A DNA stretch of 63,613 nucleotides, the filler included, from Sphacelaria rigidula (lineage: Eukaryota): NCBI GenBank assembly GCA_964200075.2. It is 9 parts of 9 records of this genome, joined end to end, with 100 filler letters (N's around TTAATTAATTAA, not from the genome) between each part and the next. Parts side by side here need not be neighbours in the genome. Positions count along the whole stretch, not along the records: positions 35,400 to 42,378 come from CAXNAA020017108.1; positions 42,479 to 49,457 come from CAXNAA020017109.1; positions 49,558 to 56,535 come from CAXNAA020017110.1; 6 more parts are not named here. The stretch is one strand, 5' to 3'. This document shows, piece after piece, positions 38,906 through 50,779 of this stretch (its first letter is position 1; every line of letters starts with the position of its first letter). The notes below the pieces were generated by a model. It did no database searches, was not told where the DNA came from, and saw only the letters and a list, made by a program, of their open reading frames with translations. The position numbers were made by a program, and so were the translations under genes.

Positions 38906-39681
38906 TAAGGGTACTCACTCCCTCATGTTTTTGGAACAAAAAGGGGGGTGGCGCATTTTTCGGTTTGGGGCACGGCGCTGTACGCGGGTTGAACACCTCG
39001 TAAACACTTTCCAGCGCCTCAGCCTCACGCACGAGGTGTTTGGGTAGCACGCCCGACCAGTTTTTATTTTTTATTTTTTCACAAGTGGTACAGTATTAGG
39101 CATAACTACGACGCAAGAAAGAAAAGCCAGAAGAGTACCGTTTTTGTGTGCAAACGAGGAGGGTACACCTCACCCTCTGCTAAAAACTCATCTCTTACCT
39201 TTTATTGTTGACGCGTATACCCTTTAATGCTCAAGTGCTTACCCTTCTTTACCCTTCTTTGTGAAGTGGTGACCGTACCGCGGGCTCCGCAGAAGATGCG
39301 CCGAACAGTCACAACCATACCTACTTTTTTTGTGAGAATACACCCCGCCAAAAGAGGTCGAAACCCAGCGACCAAGAAATTGTAGCTCCCTGCTGGTTGG
39401 CCCCCAGACTCGGAAGTTCCGACGATGCATCCAGGGCGCGAACGATTCTATACCGGAGATCACAAAGACCCAAAGGCAAATTGCAGATCCCGCAACGATC
39501 TGATTTGCCTAGTACCACGTTGGAAAAAAAAGAAAGAAAGCCGGGCATGCAGCTCAAAGATCGTGTGCGTTGGACTGAGGCTCTGGAACGTGTTCACGAG
39601 GTGTTCAGCCCGCATGTAGCGCCGTGCCCCAAACCGAAAAATGCGCCACCCTTTTTTGTTCCAAAAACATGATGTACCCTT
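38906..39681. mobile_element. MITE with long inverted arms inside the last cyclophilin intron
   Basis: CATGTTTTTGGAACAAAAAGGGGGGTGGCGCATTTTTCGGTTTGGGGCACGGCGCT at ~38923 is inverted at ~39560-39672. Confidence 0.8.
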
Positions 39682-40323
39682 TTCTGTATATTGCCCGATT
39701 TATTTCAGTATTACACGTCAACTTGACCCTTGGGTGGCGACCCCTTCAGATGGACCCTGGGTGGATCGCAGGAAATGTGTCGAGAACAGCTGATTGGGTT
39801 AAACAGTACATGTAAGTATGGGGCTGAGGATCGTGGAAATACCATCGGAAATACCATCGGAAATGCCATCGGGAGTGGTGGTCGCAAGCAAAAGGGGCTG
39901 TTCAGCTATAGTGTACAGTAGGGTTCTCCGGTGTTGAAGCTCAGCAGTTGAAATTGCCTCGAAAAGAGTCGTGGCGCCCACGGGGTTGAATGCATTTTGC
40001 TTTGTAAATTCCTGCTTGTACAAGGAATGGCGCACCTTATGTCGACTCACTTGCATGCATACACAGGAGCGACCGAAGGCGAAATTTCGACGGTGAACTT
40101 CTTGTGCCTTACTTCGTATTTTGTATGCCGAACACATACTTCCAGACGTGCCTATTCACTTCACGCAAGTTACACACACATCGCGGTATACGTCCGCGTA
40201 ACTGTAGCAACATCGACACAACGTTGTACCCACCTTGGTTGATTCCACCGCCGTCCCCTCCCATTTCTGTCCCCATGATCCGGATTGCCTTATGTTGACT
40301 ACAATTCCTGTAAAACGGTGAAG

Positions 40324-40449
40324 GTTGTGCGGCGGATGGGCATGGTAGCGGTGAACGCAGACGACAAGCCCATGCAGGACATGCGGATAATTCGCGCCAA
40401 GCCTCTAGTGCTGGCGCCCGGAGAGCACGGGCCGGAGGGAGATCAGTGA
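40324..40449 (+). CDS. PPIL1: PPIL1-like cyclophilin, terminal exon
   Basis: AAG acceptor. VVRRMGMVAVNADDKPMQDMRIIRAKP...* resembles the PPIL1 C-terminus. Confidence 0.85.
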   Translation, partial: VVRRMGMVAVNADDKPMQDMRIIRAKPLVLAPGEHGPEGDQ

Positions 40450-41019
40450 AGAAAATGTATACTACATGGAGTTCTGAAATAGAAGGGCGCGTGGAAGAGG
40501 TTTCATCTGTGTTCCGGCAAAGGCATAGCTGCTGGGCAGGAAATGGCTTCAAAGTCGTTGATGTGCATCAAGAAGGAGTTGCTGTAGCAGCAGAGGCTCT
40601 TGTCTTCGCAATTTCTGCTGGTAGTCTTTTCTTGAACCGCGGATTTTCCCTGATGATGATCTATTGCGGTTAGCCTGGCATCGCGGCGATTCTTCCAGTG
40701 CATTGGCACAATATACGCACGAACACCATCAAGCACGCACTCTCTCGCCCCCTGCTGCTGGTGAAGACTTACGTGGTGTTATATCGAGCGATGTTTCACA
40801 AGGACGTTTCTGCGCTCAACATTAATAGCGCACCCATCTAAATCCATAAAGTTTCACAAGATGTTACTAATGCCCATTTCACGGTGTGAATTTGTTCGTT
40901 GCAAGCGATGTCCACGGTGCATGCCTACTTGCGAGTGCTGGCATTAGAACCTTTACCACTGCCATTGCTTCAACTCGATCAATATGTGAACTTCGACGTG
41001 GTATTTTCACGTCCTAGGG

Positions 41020-42110
41020 CTCTGTCTTGGCCGGATCGACGGAGATTGTGCTCTTAGATCTACACATTTTGATACTGATCCGCTCGACTGAACGGACCAC
41101 CTTGAGCTAGACACGGTGTCGACCTGCGATTCTTATGCTTCGGCTCATTTGATGTTCGAATTTCACTCTGGAGGCGCCCTTGTCAACCGCATCGATAGCC
41201 ATGATCACCGGAGATGCACCGATGAATAGCGCTCCACGGAAACTACGTCTAGCTAGACCCTTCATCTCGGCGAGAATTTGTATCCTTTGATTCAACGGAT
41301 CATGAAAACGTCAACACCCGGACGCTCTACAGTATTATGACCGCATGGACTGCGATTCTGGCCGGAGTCGCTCTGAATAATCGCGCTTGACTCAATCTAT
41401 CACTGCGGTTGAGATATTTCAGGTGGATGAGCAATTCGTCCACTTCGGTGAAGCTACCACTATAGAAATTTTGCCGTACGCTGTCTCGATCGCATAGACT
41501 GCGATTCTCACCGGAGTCGTGGCGATAAAACTCCTTTGCATGAATTCATGACTCCGACCTATACCCACTATGTCTATGGGGAAGTCGTATGCATCGCTTC
41601 AACAAGTCCACGGCATTTCACCTTTCGCATGCTCTATTCGACCGCATGGACTGCGACTCGACTGGAGGGTCACCGATGAGTCGTGCTCGACCGAACGAAT
41701 AGCTTCGAGCTGTACGTGCCATGGGGACGGACAATTCGAACGCTTCGCTCAACAGAAACGGGAAGTTCACCTTTCTGGCGCTCGATCTCGACCGCATGAG
41801 CTGTGTTGTTGCTCGTGGTCGCACCGACGAAGCGCGCTCGACCCAATCTATCGCTTCGCGCTGGACATTCCATGTCGACAAGCGAGTTGTACGCAAATCC
41901 ATCAACCGTACTCACTTTCTCAACTGCGTCGAACAACAGCTGGAACGGAGTAGCACCGATGGACCACCCTTGACTGAATCCGTCCCTTCCGGACTGAACA
42001 CCTGATGTCGAAAAGCAGGCAATATTGGAAATTCGAGTGCCAGACCCCAGCCATCTTGAAGGCATGGACTACGACTGTGACCGGAGGTGCGCCAATGGAC
42101 CGTACGTGAC
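41020..42110. repeat. Highly decayed ~150-bp tandem array
   Basis: Variants of GACCGCATGGACTGCGA at ~41185, 41339, 41488, 41640, 41790 and 42058. Confidence 0.6.
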
Positions 42111-42478
42111 TGCATCTGTTGATCGTGTGATTTCACTCATGGTAAATGTAAGATCCAGGATACTATCACGAGACTATTGGAGGAAAATGTGGCGGATTAA
42201 CCGATGGGAAACGGTAAGTCGAAGAGGGGCACTTTCGTACCTCGTGGCTGGGGTGCCACGATACAAACTCTGCCGTGCAGCTGGTCACGGCCAGCACAGC
42301 AGGTCCGTATATAAAAACAAACTGGGAGAAAAATGCACACAGTTGTTCTTTATTATATATTATTATATCACTGAAGGCNNNNNNNNNNNNNNNNNNNNNN
42401 NNNNNNNNNNNNNNNNNNNNNNTTAATTAATTAANNNNNNNNNNNNNNNNNNNNNNNNNNNNNNNNNNNNNNNNNNNN

Positions 42479-43655
42479 CAAACCTCCTACAATGTCCCCT
42501 AGCTCGACTCTGTACACGAGTCACCCTACCCATCCGGGCGTCGGTCCTCATGCTTCGTCGAGATCTCATCGGCAAAAGCACATACACCGTGCGCTTCATC
42601 AATGACCCCGTCCTGGTACAACTTGAACTCCACACTTTACAGTACACCACTAGACCAGACACGCCCCACAGATCGCGGTGCTTACAACCCCTCAGTCTGC
42701 CGCCCTCCGCAGTCGTATGAAGCGGAACATCGACTGCACTCAAGATGTCAGTGATTACCCTTGATTCAAAATTAACTGTAGCCCCCCCTAATACTAAAAC
42801 CCCTGCCCCTTTGTTTGGGACTTGAGCGTGAGCAATACCTCCTACATGACCCGACTTCACGCGCGGAGACCGAAGATCGACCTACGAGTACGCGTTCTGG
42901 ACGTGGAGTGGACGTGGAGTGGAGCTTGGAACCTGCATCAACCTTGCCCGTAAGACCTTTTCTGGGCGGCCAGCGGAGCTTACTCATCTATTTTTATATA
43001 CGCTTAGGCCACCATGATTCAAATGTCCTTTTTCCTTCCTCGGGCTCTTCTATTAATGATTTGCGCCTATGGATTTCGACGGACCCTCCGAGTTCTTCTG
43101 CTTCTATAATTCGGCACATACGCCCCTTGCATGGAGACATAGCAGATTGCCATCGAGTTTCCTCGGCGATTTCTGTTGGGATGTTCGGGTGATAGATATA
43201 CGTGACAAGTTAGCAAATTAGTGGCAATTAGCGGCACAACTTGTCACGTTTCAGCTTTTAGCAGTTGCGTGAGAAAGATCTATTAGTAACGAACGAACTG
43301 ACTGTGCGGAGAAGCTAGTACAAGGGACACATGATGCAAGCAGTAAGATAAACAGCTTGAGAATTGCAACGGCCGGGTACAGGGGTGTCAGAGTAACGAA
43401 GTGTCAAGTACGTAGAATCTGTAGCATGAAGAGTTTGGACGTACAGTTTCATAGTACGAAGAGTCTGTTGAGAGAGTTTACAGATTGGGATGGCCCTCAG
43501 CTACTACCGTCCAACAGCACTCTCCAACAAGCTCTTGTGAGCTTCCTATCAGCTCTCTGTGTGAAGAGACAGACCACTGTATTCTGTGTTGGCTACATAA
43601 ACGCGTGTGAGAGCTATTAACGTGTTTCTTTTACTGCACGGCACAAGTGTGTTTC
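42479..43655 (+). mobile_element. Possible 3' end of a gypsy-like LTR element with a candidate LTR from 43190
   Basis: YTVRFINDPVLVQLEL...YTTRPDTPHRSRCLQ resembles, from memory, the pol tail of algal gypsy elements. TGATAG follows a G-rich stretch at 43190. The LTR end is uncertain (43551 or ~43655). Confidence 0.4.
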
Positions 43656-44024
43656 ACCACCACCGTGCACCCTCTGCGCGTTCCTGTCACTTGTACAAGA
43701 GCTGGATTTTTTTTGCCAGCACTGCTGGTAAATTCCTTGAGTTGCGTCCCTGTGTAGGCAGACGAGTTGAACTGTAGTTCCTGTCCGTCGGACAGCTGAA
43801 CACGCAATACTAGTGCAGTGGCTAGGTACTCTACGCCAGATATTCTAAGTAACACGAGTGTTTTACTGTTTGCAGGAGTTGAAGCGATGCCTCCCTGGTG
43901 TGGTACGGAACACTCGTTGTCAGCGTGTTGAACCCTGGCTTCCACCGCTGGGATGTAGAGTCTTTGCCGACGGATTGAAGCAACAACTCTCCCGTGTGGT
44001 GTGGGGGGGAAGGGCTGTAATCTT

Positions 44025-44473
44025 GAGTAATGCTACGGTAGGGGTGCACGAATACTTTCTGAGGTTGGAATTGTTGGGAGCTCTTCATCTCATCCAAAAC
44101 AAGACTGTGTCTAATCAAATTGTTTTCGTGTCAAAAACGTGCGGTCGAATCGAATTCACTCGTTTCTGATTCGTCCACGCTGCTATTTTTTTCATATGGT
44201 CGAGAACATGAATGCCGTGGACGTATCAGGTACGAGCAAATTCGATGCCACCGTACGTTCTCGAGCCGAAAACAATTTGATAAGACACGGCCTTAATCTT
44301 ATGGAATAAGTGGGGGTATGCCAAGATTGCCATCCCAATTTGCTAGGGATATCCCGAATGAATTCGCAAACGGGGATGCCCTGACCCATATTCTTGTGCA
44401 TCTGCAATCGGTGGGAGTCCCTGAACCAGACAAGATTTTGCGCAAAAAGTGCACCCCTACCGTAGCCTTGCTC
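44025..44473. mobile_element. GAG...CTC MITE, longer relative of 884-1139
   Basis: GAGTAATGCTACGGTAGGGGTGCAC / GTGCACCCCTACCGTAGCCTTGCTC, with the shared interior GAATGAATT.GCAAACGGGGATGCCCTGACCC. Confidence 0.8.
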
Positions 44474-46599
44474 TTGTCTTCGTCTCGTATGACTTTTCTT
44501 GATTATGGGAGGACCTGCCATGATTCCGCTGCATAAATAGAGCCAAGCTGGCGCAACTCTTTATTACACGCAAGGGACTCCGATGTAACTGTGATATAGG
44601 GGCTCGTCTGAGTAGGCTGGTGGCAGGAGGCTTGGCGGCGGTAATGACTTTTCCGCGTAGGCCTGCATACGGAGATCTGCAGACTATGATGTGGACCTCT
44701 GTTTGCCAGCTCAGAGGGCATTATGACATCCTCCGCTCTCTACATGGTGCGTCCTGCCAGAGACGTATCTAATGACGCCCCTCGTACGTAGATCACAAAT
44801 TCATTCTCCATCACCTCGTCTCCAACCACCCCACGTCTGCTAGTCTACCGCTGGCCTATTTCACTCAAGTGAGAGCAACGAACGAGGAAATATAAAGGCC
44901 ATCAACAACGTGAATCCATCTTGTTTGACTGACTAGGCACCAAGCATTCCATAGCGCGATGATCGTCTAGAGAGTGTGTAAATACGCTGGGTCAGCTATC
45001 CACGTTCCAATATTTTCACTGTTGAATGATGTTTTCGACTCACGGAATGATTGTCAGATTTACAAAAAGGCCCGCTACCACGAACAATTGCAAAGGCCGC
45101 CACTCCACACAATGGCGATATTACTCGACCGGAGAGGAGTGAAGACGATGACTGAGGACGGTACCCCGTTTTCCCGCAGATAGAGGTGCCAGGATGGATA
45201 TCGTCGTCCAGGCCCAAGAAATTCGCGGCGCCAAAAACAACCAATATCGGGAGAAGGGCTTCCGAACCGACGTTCTACGCGTCGATTCCCAGTCATCAAG
45301 ACACTTCCAATGAGGAAGCCCGAACATCGATGACTCTGTAGCCAGAACATCTGAGGCACGTAAAAGTGCAGATTACGTCAGACGAGGATCCGTGTCCTTT
45401 GACCAGCGTTGCTTTAAACTAGCCACCCTAGCGGTCGAAAGCTTTCGGTGATTTGAGAATTTCGAGAGGACCTGGTCGACGAAGTGGCTATCAGTGTCGT
45501 GGGGGACGAAGAAGGAGAGGGGCTGCTGGCAAAGAAAACTCTCCTACAGGGGATCAGGCAAGTGATCTCTACAAGGGTTCAGGTCACCACCTCGACGAGG
45601 GAGCAACGCTACCGCATGACGCCACGGGGGAGTCAAGAGACTGCTGGAGATAGTAGTCCAAACTCACGGGTGTGGGATTAGGTTTTAGTCGCAGTGTAGA
45701 TAAGCATCGCCCTCCTCAGCATAGGACCAAGTTGGCTATTATTACTCGGTGTTTCTTCCTTCTGGTGTTTGTTTGGGCCTCTTGCTGTAAGATGCAAGAG
45801 CTTTTTCTCACGATGCGTCTGTTTCACGGCTACCGTTCCCAAGTAGTAGTTGTTACTCTCGTTTTTGTTCGTTTTGATCGGTTGTTATCGGTGTGGATTA
45901 TTCGCACGTCGGACAGATCAGCTCCCTGTAGCTTGAGCTAGCTCTTTTTTAGCGTAGCTCCCTCGTGAGCGATGAGAGCTCATGCACGTTGATACGTGAT
46001 AACGGTTACATTTGTACACATGCACACACCTGTATTCCGTTATGTTCAGTGATGGATTTGCCATTTGTAACATCAACAATGACCGCATTAGAAACCATCC
46101 CCACCGTAGCCACCACACCCACACACAACCACACGCACACACAACCCGCCCTACATGGCGACCGCCGGGGGCAGCAGGTTTACCGGCGTTTCAGTCGGAA
46201 ATAATGCCGTGGATCTGGATCATTCGCAACAGGCGATCGATGTCGAGGAAGAAGTGAACGCATATACGATAGTTGATTGCTGAACCCTTTTGACGGCCAG
46301 CATAGGTCCCCTGTTGCATCGGCTTCAATTTCACTTGAAAAACGAATGCATGGCTAGACGGCCTCCTACCCTCGAGGCCGAGCAGCAATGAATTGGTCTA
46401 GTACTACAGGCACCGAATCTTGATCATGTTTTGAACAAGTCGACCATGCGAACGAGGATTCGTGTTGAGATATTTTCTTCCAAGCGCGAAAAGCAAGACA
46501 GAAAACCCCAGCCTAATGATATGTTACGCCGCCCATTCGAACAAGAATGTAACGTCATGAGAAACTCCGGATCAGCTAGGCACATGAGGTGAATGAGCT

Positions 46600-47122
46600 G
46601 TGAGCATTTGTTCCCGGGGTGAACTACCGGGCGTAGCTCATCCACTCATGTTTTCCCTGGGTGAGCTATAAGAGCTGCGTGAGCTACACATGATTGCCTC
46701 GGGTGAGCTATTGAGTATAGCTCATGCGTATATGTTTTCCCTGGGTAAGCTACGAGAGCCGCGTAAGCTGCACATGATTTTCCTGGGTGAGCTATGAGAG
46801 CTGTATGAGCTACGCATGTTCGCCCAATGTGAGCCACTGACCTGTCGCTCATCAGCTCATATTCGCCATGGGTGAGCTATGAGAGCTGTATGGGCTACGT
46901 ATATTTGTCCTGGGTGAGCCACCAACCCGTAGCTCGTCAGCTCCTATTCGCCGTGGGTGAGCTATGAGAGCTACATGAGCTACGCATGTTTGTCCTGGGT
47001 GAGCTACCAACTCGTAGCTGATCAGCGCACGTTTACCTTGGGCGAGCTATCGGACGTAGCTCGCATGTACATGGTAGATAGCAAGTGAGCTACAGCTTGC
47101 AGATGAGCTGGCTCATGAGCTG
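46600..47122. repeat. ~42-bp GAGCT-rich minisatellite, about 11 units
   Basis: GGGTGAGCTA variants at ~46658, 46701, 46743, 46785, 46871, 46912, 46955, 46997 and 47040. Confidence 0.9.
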
Positions 47123-49341
47123 TCCAACTTGTTGAATGATTTCATTGTGTCTTCTGCTATCGAGTCCTATTGTTCCTATATCAAATCTGGCGATTTTGTC
47201 TATCAATCGCGTTATATTGAATATGCATAGATACACAACAAACGTACGCAACTCAGAGAAAGCTGTTTTCCGCCTCAGAAGGTGTTATTGTTACGTACAC
47301 TGCATAAACCCTCGGTTTCCATTTGAAGGGGGCATTCATAGAGCTTCATGGGTTTGCAATTCCCAGAAGCCAATCCTGCGTCTTTCAATATCAGAAGTAA
47401 AGAACAAAAAACACCGTCGATTACTGTCAGGGTGTCCGGCCCCCGTCGTTGTCTCCAATGAGATCGATACCGGATATCGAACCGAACTCTGGTCTCATAG
47501 CTATTTCGATACGCGTCGACGACTATCGAATTATCGATCGACATTGATTATCGTCCCACGATGTGTTGTTGCAATGTTGATCGATTTCACAAATACTTCA
47601 GTATGAATCACTGCGCGTCGATAGCCTTCACGATAACAGACACTCAGTCACGAATGATGTGCTTGCGTTGGCTTCGATTCAAGAGGTTGCAATGGCCCGT
47701 TTCGCAATACCGCACAGCACGAATAGCGCATTCGCGAACGGCCAATTTTGGCCGGTAGTACGACATAACTATGGACTATTTTTAAGTGTGGGAACAGTTT
47801 TGGAAATAAGCTTCCATCGGCGTTTGCATTTTCTACTCACATAGGTAGGGAAACGATGGTTTTGTGCTAAACGGTTCTCGGCCCACGCCCTACGTTCCCC
47901 ATCCTATCCCACGGAGTCACGGAAGTAGCACACCACCCAACATCATGATCACGCGCAAAAGCAGAAGGGCCATTTTTACATACGAAGCAGTGCAGTCGAT
48001 TGTGCAGTGTAGGTCGGGCCGTGCGTTCCCCAAACGGCATGAAACGAGCGGCAGCGGTGATTCTCCGATGCTCACTTTCGAAAATTGGAAGTGGGATCGA
48101 ACAACGCGATGGGAGAAAGGTCACGGGCGGTTTCCAAATTTAAACAATCAAGTAGAAATGGAAAATGTGAAAAATAGCAGCCTCCCTGATCAAAATGAAA
48201 ATCATCTTGCCAGTATTTGGCGAAGGGTTGGAGCTTCGGGTAGGATCGGTCCGCTCGATATGGTGCGTAGCACGAGACCGCATGGCTACAACCAACACTG
48301 TCGCCTTCGCGATGTCAGGGTTCATTTTTTCAAAGGTTTGAAGACATCGGACGCACGCAGTTGTGCTAGCTCTAGAAAGAAAACACCTCGAGCAAACGTT
48401 CGATAGTTTCGTTGAACGAACACGCAGCGGCGCGGCAATAGGGGGGAAGTGTTGCCACACCAAGCAACTGCATCTCCCCGTCGAGCTCGACACAAAATCG
48501 AATTACTTCGATCTTGAGTATAAAATGAAGCCATTAATTGGAGGCTGAGTGAATTATTGCAAGCACGTGATAATTGTAGCAAACGTCTCGTACTGCACCC
48601 CCCTCCCTCCGTCTCTCTCCCTTTGCTTACGCAGAAGGAGCACATAGCCTCCGCTTAGCATCACCCCAGCAAGACCTAGCTTCGGGGATGTCGACGTCCT
48701 CTACACGGCGGAGCATTCGTTGCAGTCATAGCCCTTCACAAGCCACCACAACTTCATCTTCATCCCGTCACAAGTAACTCACAATTTCGAACTGGTCCAA
48801 CAAAGCACTTGTTTGCCACAACTGAACATTTCTGCTCAACTCCGTACATCGAGTATGTCTTGGAGGGCCGCACAGTCTGTCCCAGTTGAAAAAACAACAT
48901 ACATACGAGGAACAAGCCGATTTATACGAGGAACAAGCCGATTGTTCCTCTACTTGAAACAACATTCGGGCAAGCCCATGTCCTTCCCAAAGCTACCACC
49001 ACAAAGAGCTCCACAAACAACAAAGATAACCCACGGAACCCAAGGGTCCCTGCCGCCCCATCGACGCACGTCTACAAACCTCTCCCGCCTCAACACAATC
49101 ATAACATATTTAATGCCAAAATTTACTCCGACTCCTCCCGCCTGCATTGGCACTCGGCTGCCCAAGGGCTAGCCTTTGCACGTGTGCCCACCCTCGAATT
49201 GCGATGAATTTAAACTCTCAGCAACAAGGGAAGCAGACGGGATTACATCTGCATCTAGAACAACCAACAACCACGTCCGAGGTACGCTCTATAAACGCTT
49301 CAAAGGTAATATCCATTTACATCCCAAGTCGTGTACATCCA

Positions 49342-49457
49342 TCACAACAATGGAGGCATGATTTCGAATGTCTCAGAGCAAGCATATACGGAATCATCCC
49401 CGAACACTCCCACCCGGATCTTGAACATCCCGGCGTCGGTTACAGTTGGCATCACCA
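49342..49457 (-). CDS. Candidate terminal exon cut by the contig end; possible Ig-like/Ser-Thr-rich extracellular domain
   Basis: Open frame VMPTVTDAGMFKIRVGVFGDDSVYACSETFEIMPPLL*. The G.(Y/F)KIRV...D...S..F.I pattern is recalled, not searched. Confidence 0.4.
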
Positions 49458-49739
49458 NNNNNNNNNNNNNNNNNNNNNNNNNNNNNNNNNNNNNNNNNNN
49501 NTTAATTAATTAANNNNNNNNNNNNNNNNNNNNNNNNNNNNNNNNNNNNNNNNNNNNGCTTAGGGGCCTGGTGGTGCGGGTAGCCAAATTCCCCCCCCCC
49601 CTATCGTAGGATGACGCATGGCTCGTTTATACTCTTTGAAGATATCTACCAAGGGCGCAAACGATCAAACAGGGGGGACCACGTAGAGATTTCATCCATT
49701 TTCCATGAAAAAATAGCATTTTCGAGCATTAATGATTTG

Positions 49740-50400
49740 CCCCCCCCGACCAGGGGGTAGGGTGAATATCTCATGTTTCGTTCATCCAAGCCTGGCAATT
49801 TATGTTCACGGCTAATCGGTACCGTGCCTGGTGGCATGTATGCAGACAGCATGGCATTACGGTTAGACAAATAGATTTCCGTGCATTAGCGGACGGCAGC
49901 GTAACAATGTAATTCTCCATCAGTTGCATACACGGTCATGTACGAGGTGCGATTATTAGGTGCACACGGAAACAATCACCCATGTATTGAAAGTCGTGAA
50001 GTAAAGTTAAAGCACATGATTGGGTCTGATTTCTTCAAAATCGGAGCTGACATCACATAGCCCCGAAGTTCTCAAGCATGTATGACTAGCCCATACCCTT
50101 TGGGGCTATCCAACAAGGCCAAAACTATCAATCAGGAGGAACCGCGTTGAAGTGATATTCAATTTCTATGACAATAACACACATTCAAGGAATCAATGAT
50201 CTGCTCTCCCCCTGACCGGGGTAGGGTAAATACCCCATGTTGATTCAAGCTTCGCAATTTCCGTTCACGACGAATCGGCTCACATGGTATCATGCCTTGT
50301 AGCATGTATGCACAATCAGTATGGTATTACGGTCACACAAGCAGTTTCGTGAATTTGCAAAGCATAGAGTAAAGCGACATTCTTTCACCGTTGCATACGT
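49740..50400. repeat. Diverged direct duplication with a period of ~470 bp
   Basis: CCCC.GACC.GGGGTAGGGT.AATA...GTTCACG...CATGTATGCA...GG.ATTACGGT at ~49742 and ~50208. Confidence 0.65.
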
Positions 50401-50779
50401 GGCCATGCATGAGATACTCGAGCAAGTGCTTCGCGTTCCCAAAAGTATATATATTATGCTGTATGTACTCGGTACTAATTGTAGCCGACAACATCTCGAT
50501 AGCCCTGTGTACTTCTTCTACAGGCAGTTCGTTAACTCCCATCTGCTGGTTGATATCGTGTTCAGTAGTTTCACACAGGCAACACTGCTATCACTACCTC
50601 ATGTGTCCCCACAGTATATAGACTCGAATAAACAGTACAGTACACGGCAAAGGTTCTTCCGCATGCATTGTCCGACATTTGATATTCGATGGTGATTCGG
50701 AACAGTTTTTTCTCACAGTAAAAGCATATTACTCATGCACTGTTAGACTGAGTACAAAGTCAACGATTCCATCGAGGAG

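Noticed and set aside
46820..46870. Hammerhead ribozyme core (CTGATGAG on the minus strand)
   Set aside because: No correctly placed GAAA or closing stems. Other CTGA(T/C)GA sites I checked by eye also failed.
47864..48406. 180-aa ORF, along with other long ORFs such as 15160-15726, 16308-16784 and 30685-31185
   Set aside because: No recognisable domains or splice support. 15160-15726 is antisense within the RPC2 intron, and ORFs of this length arise by chance at this GC content.
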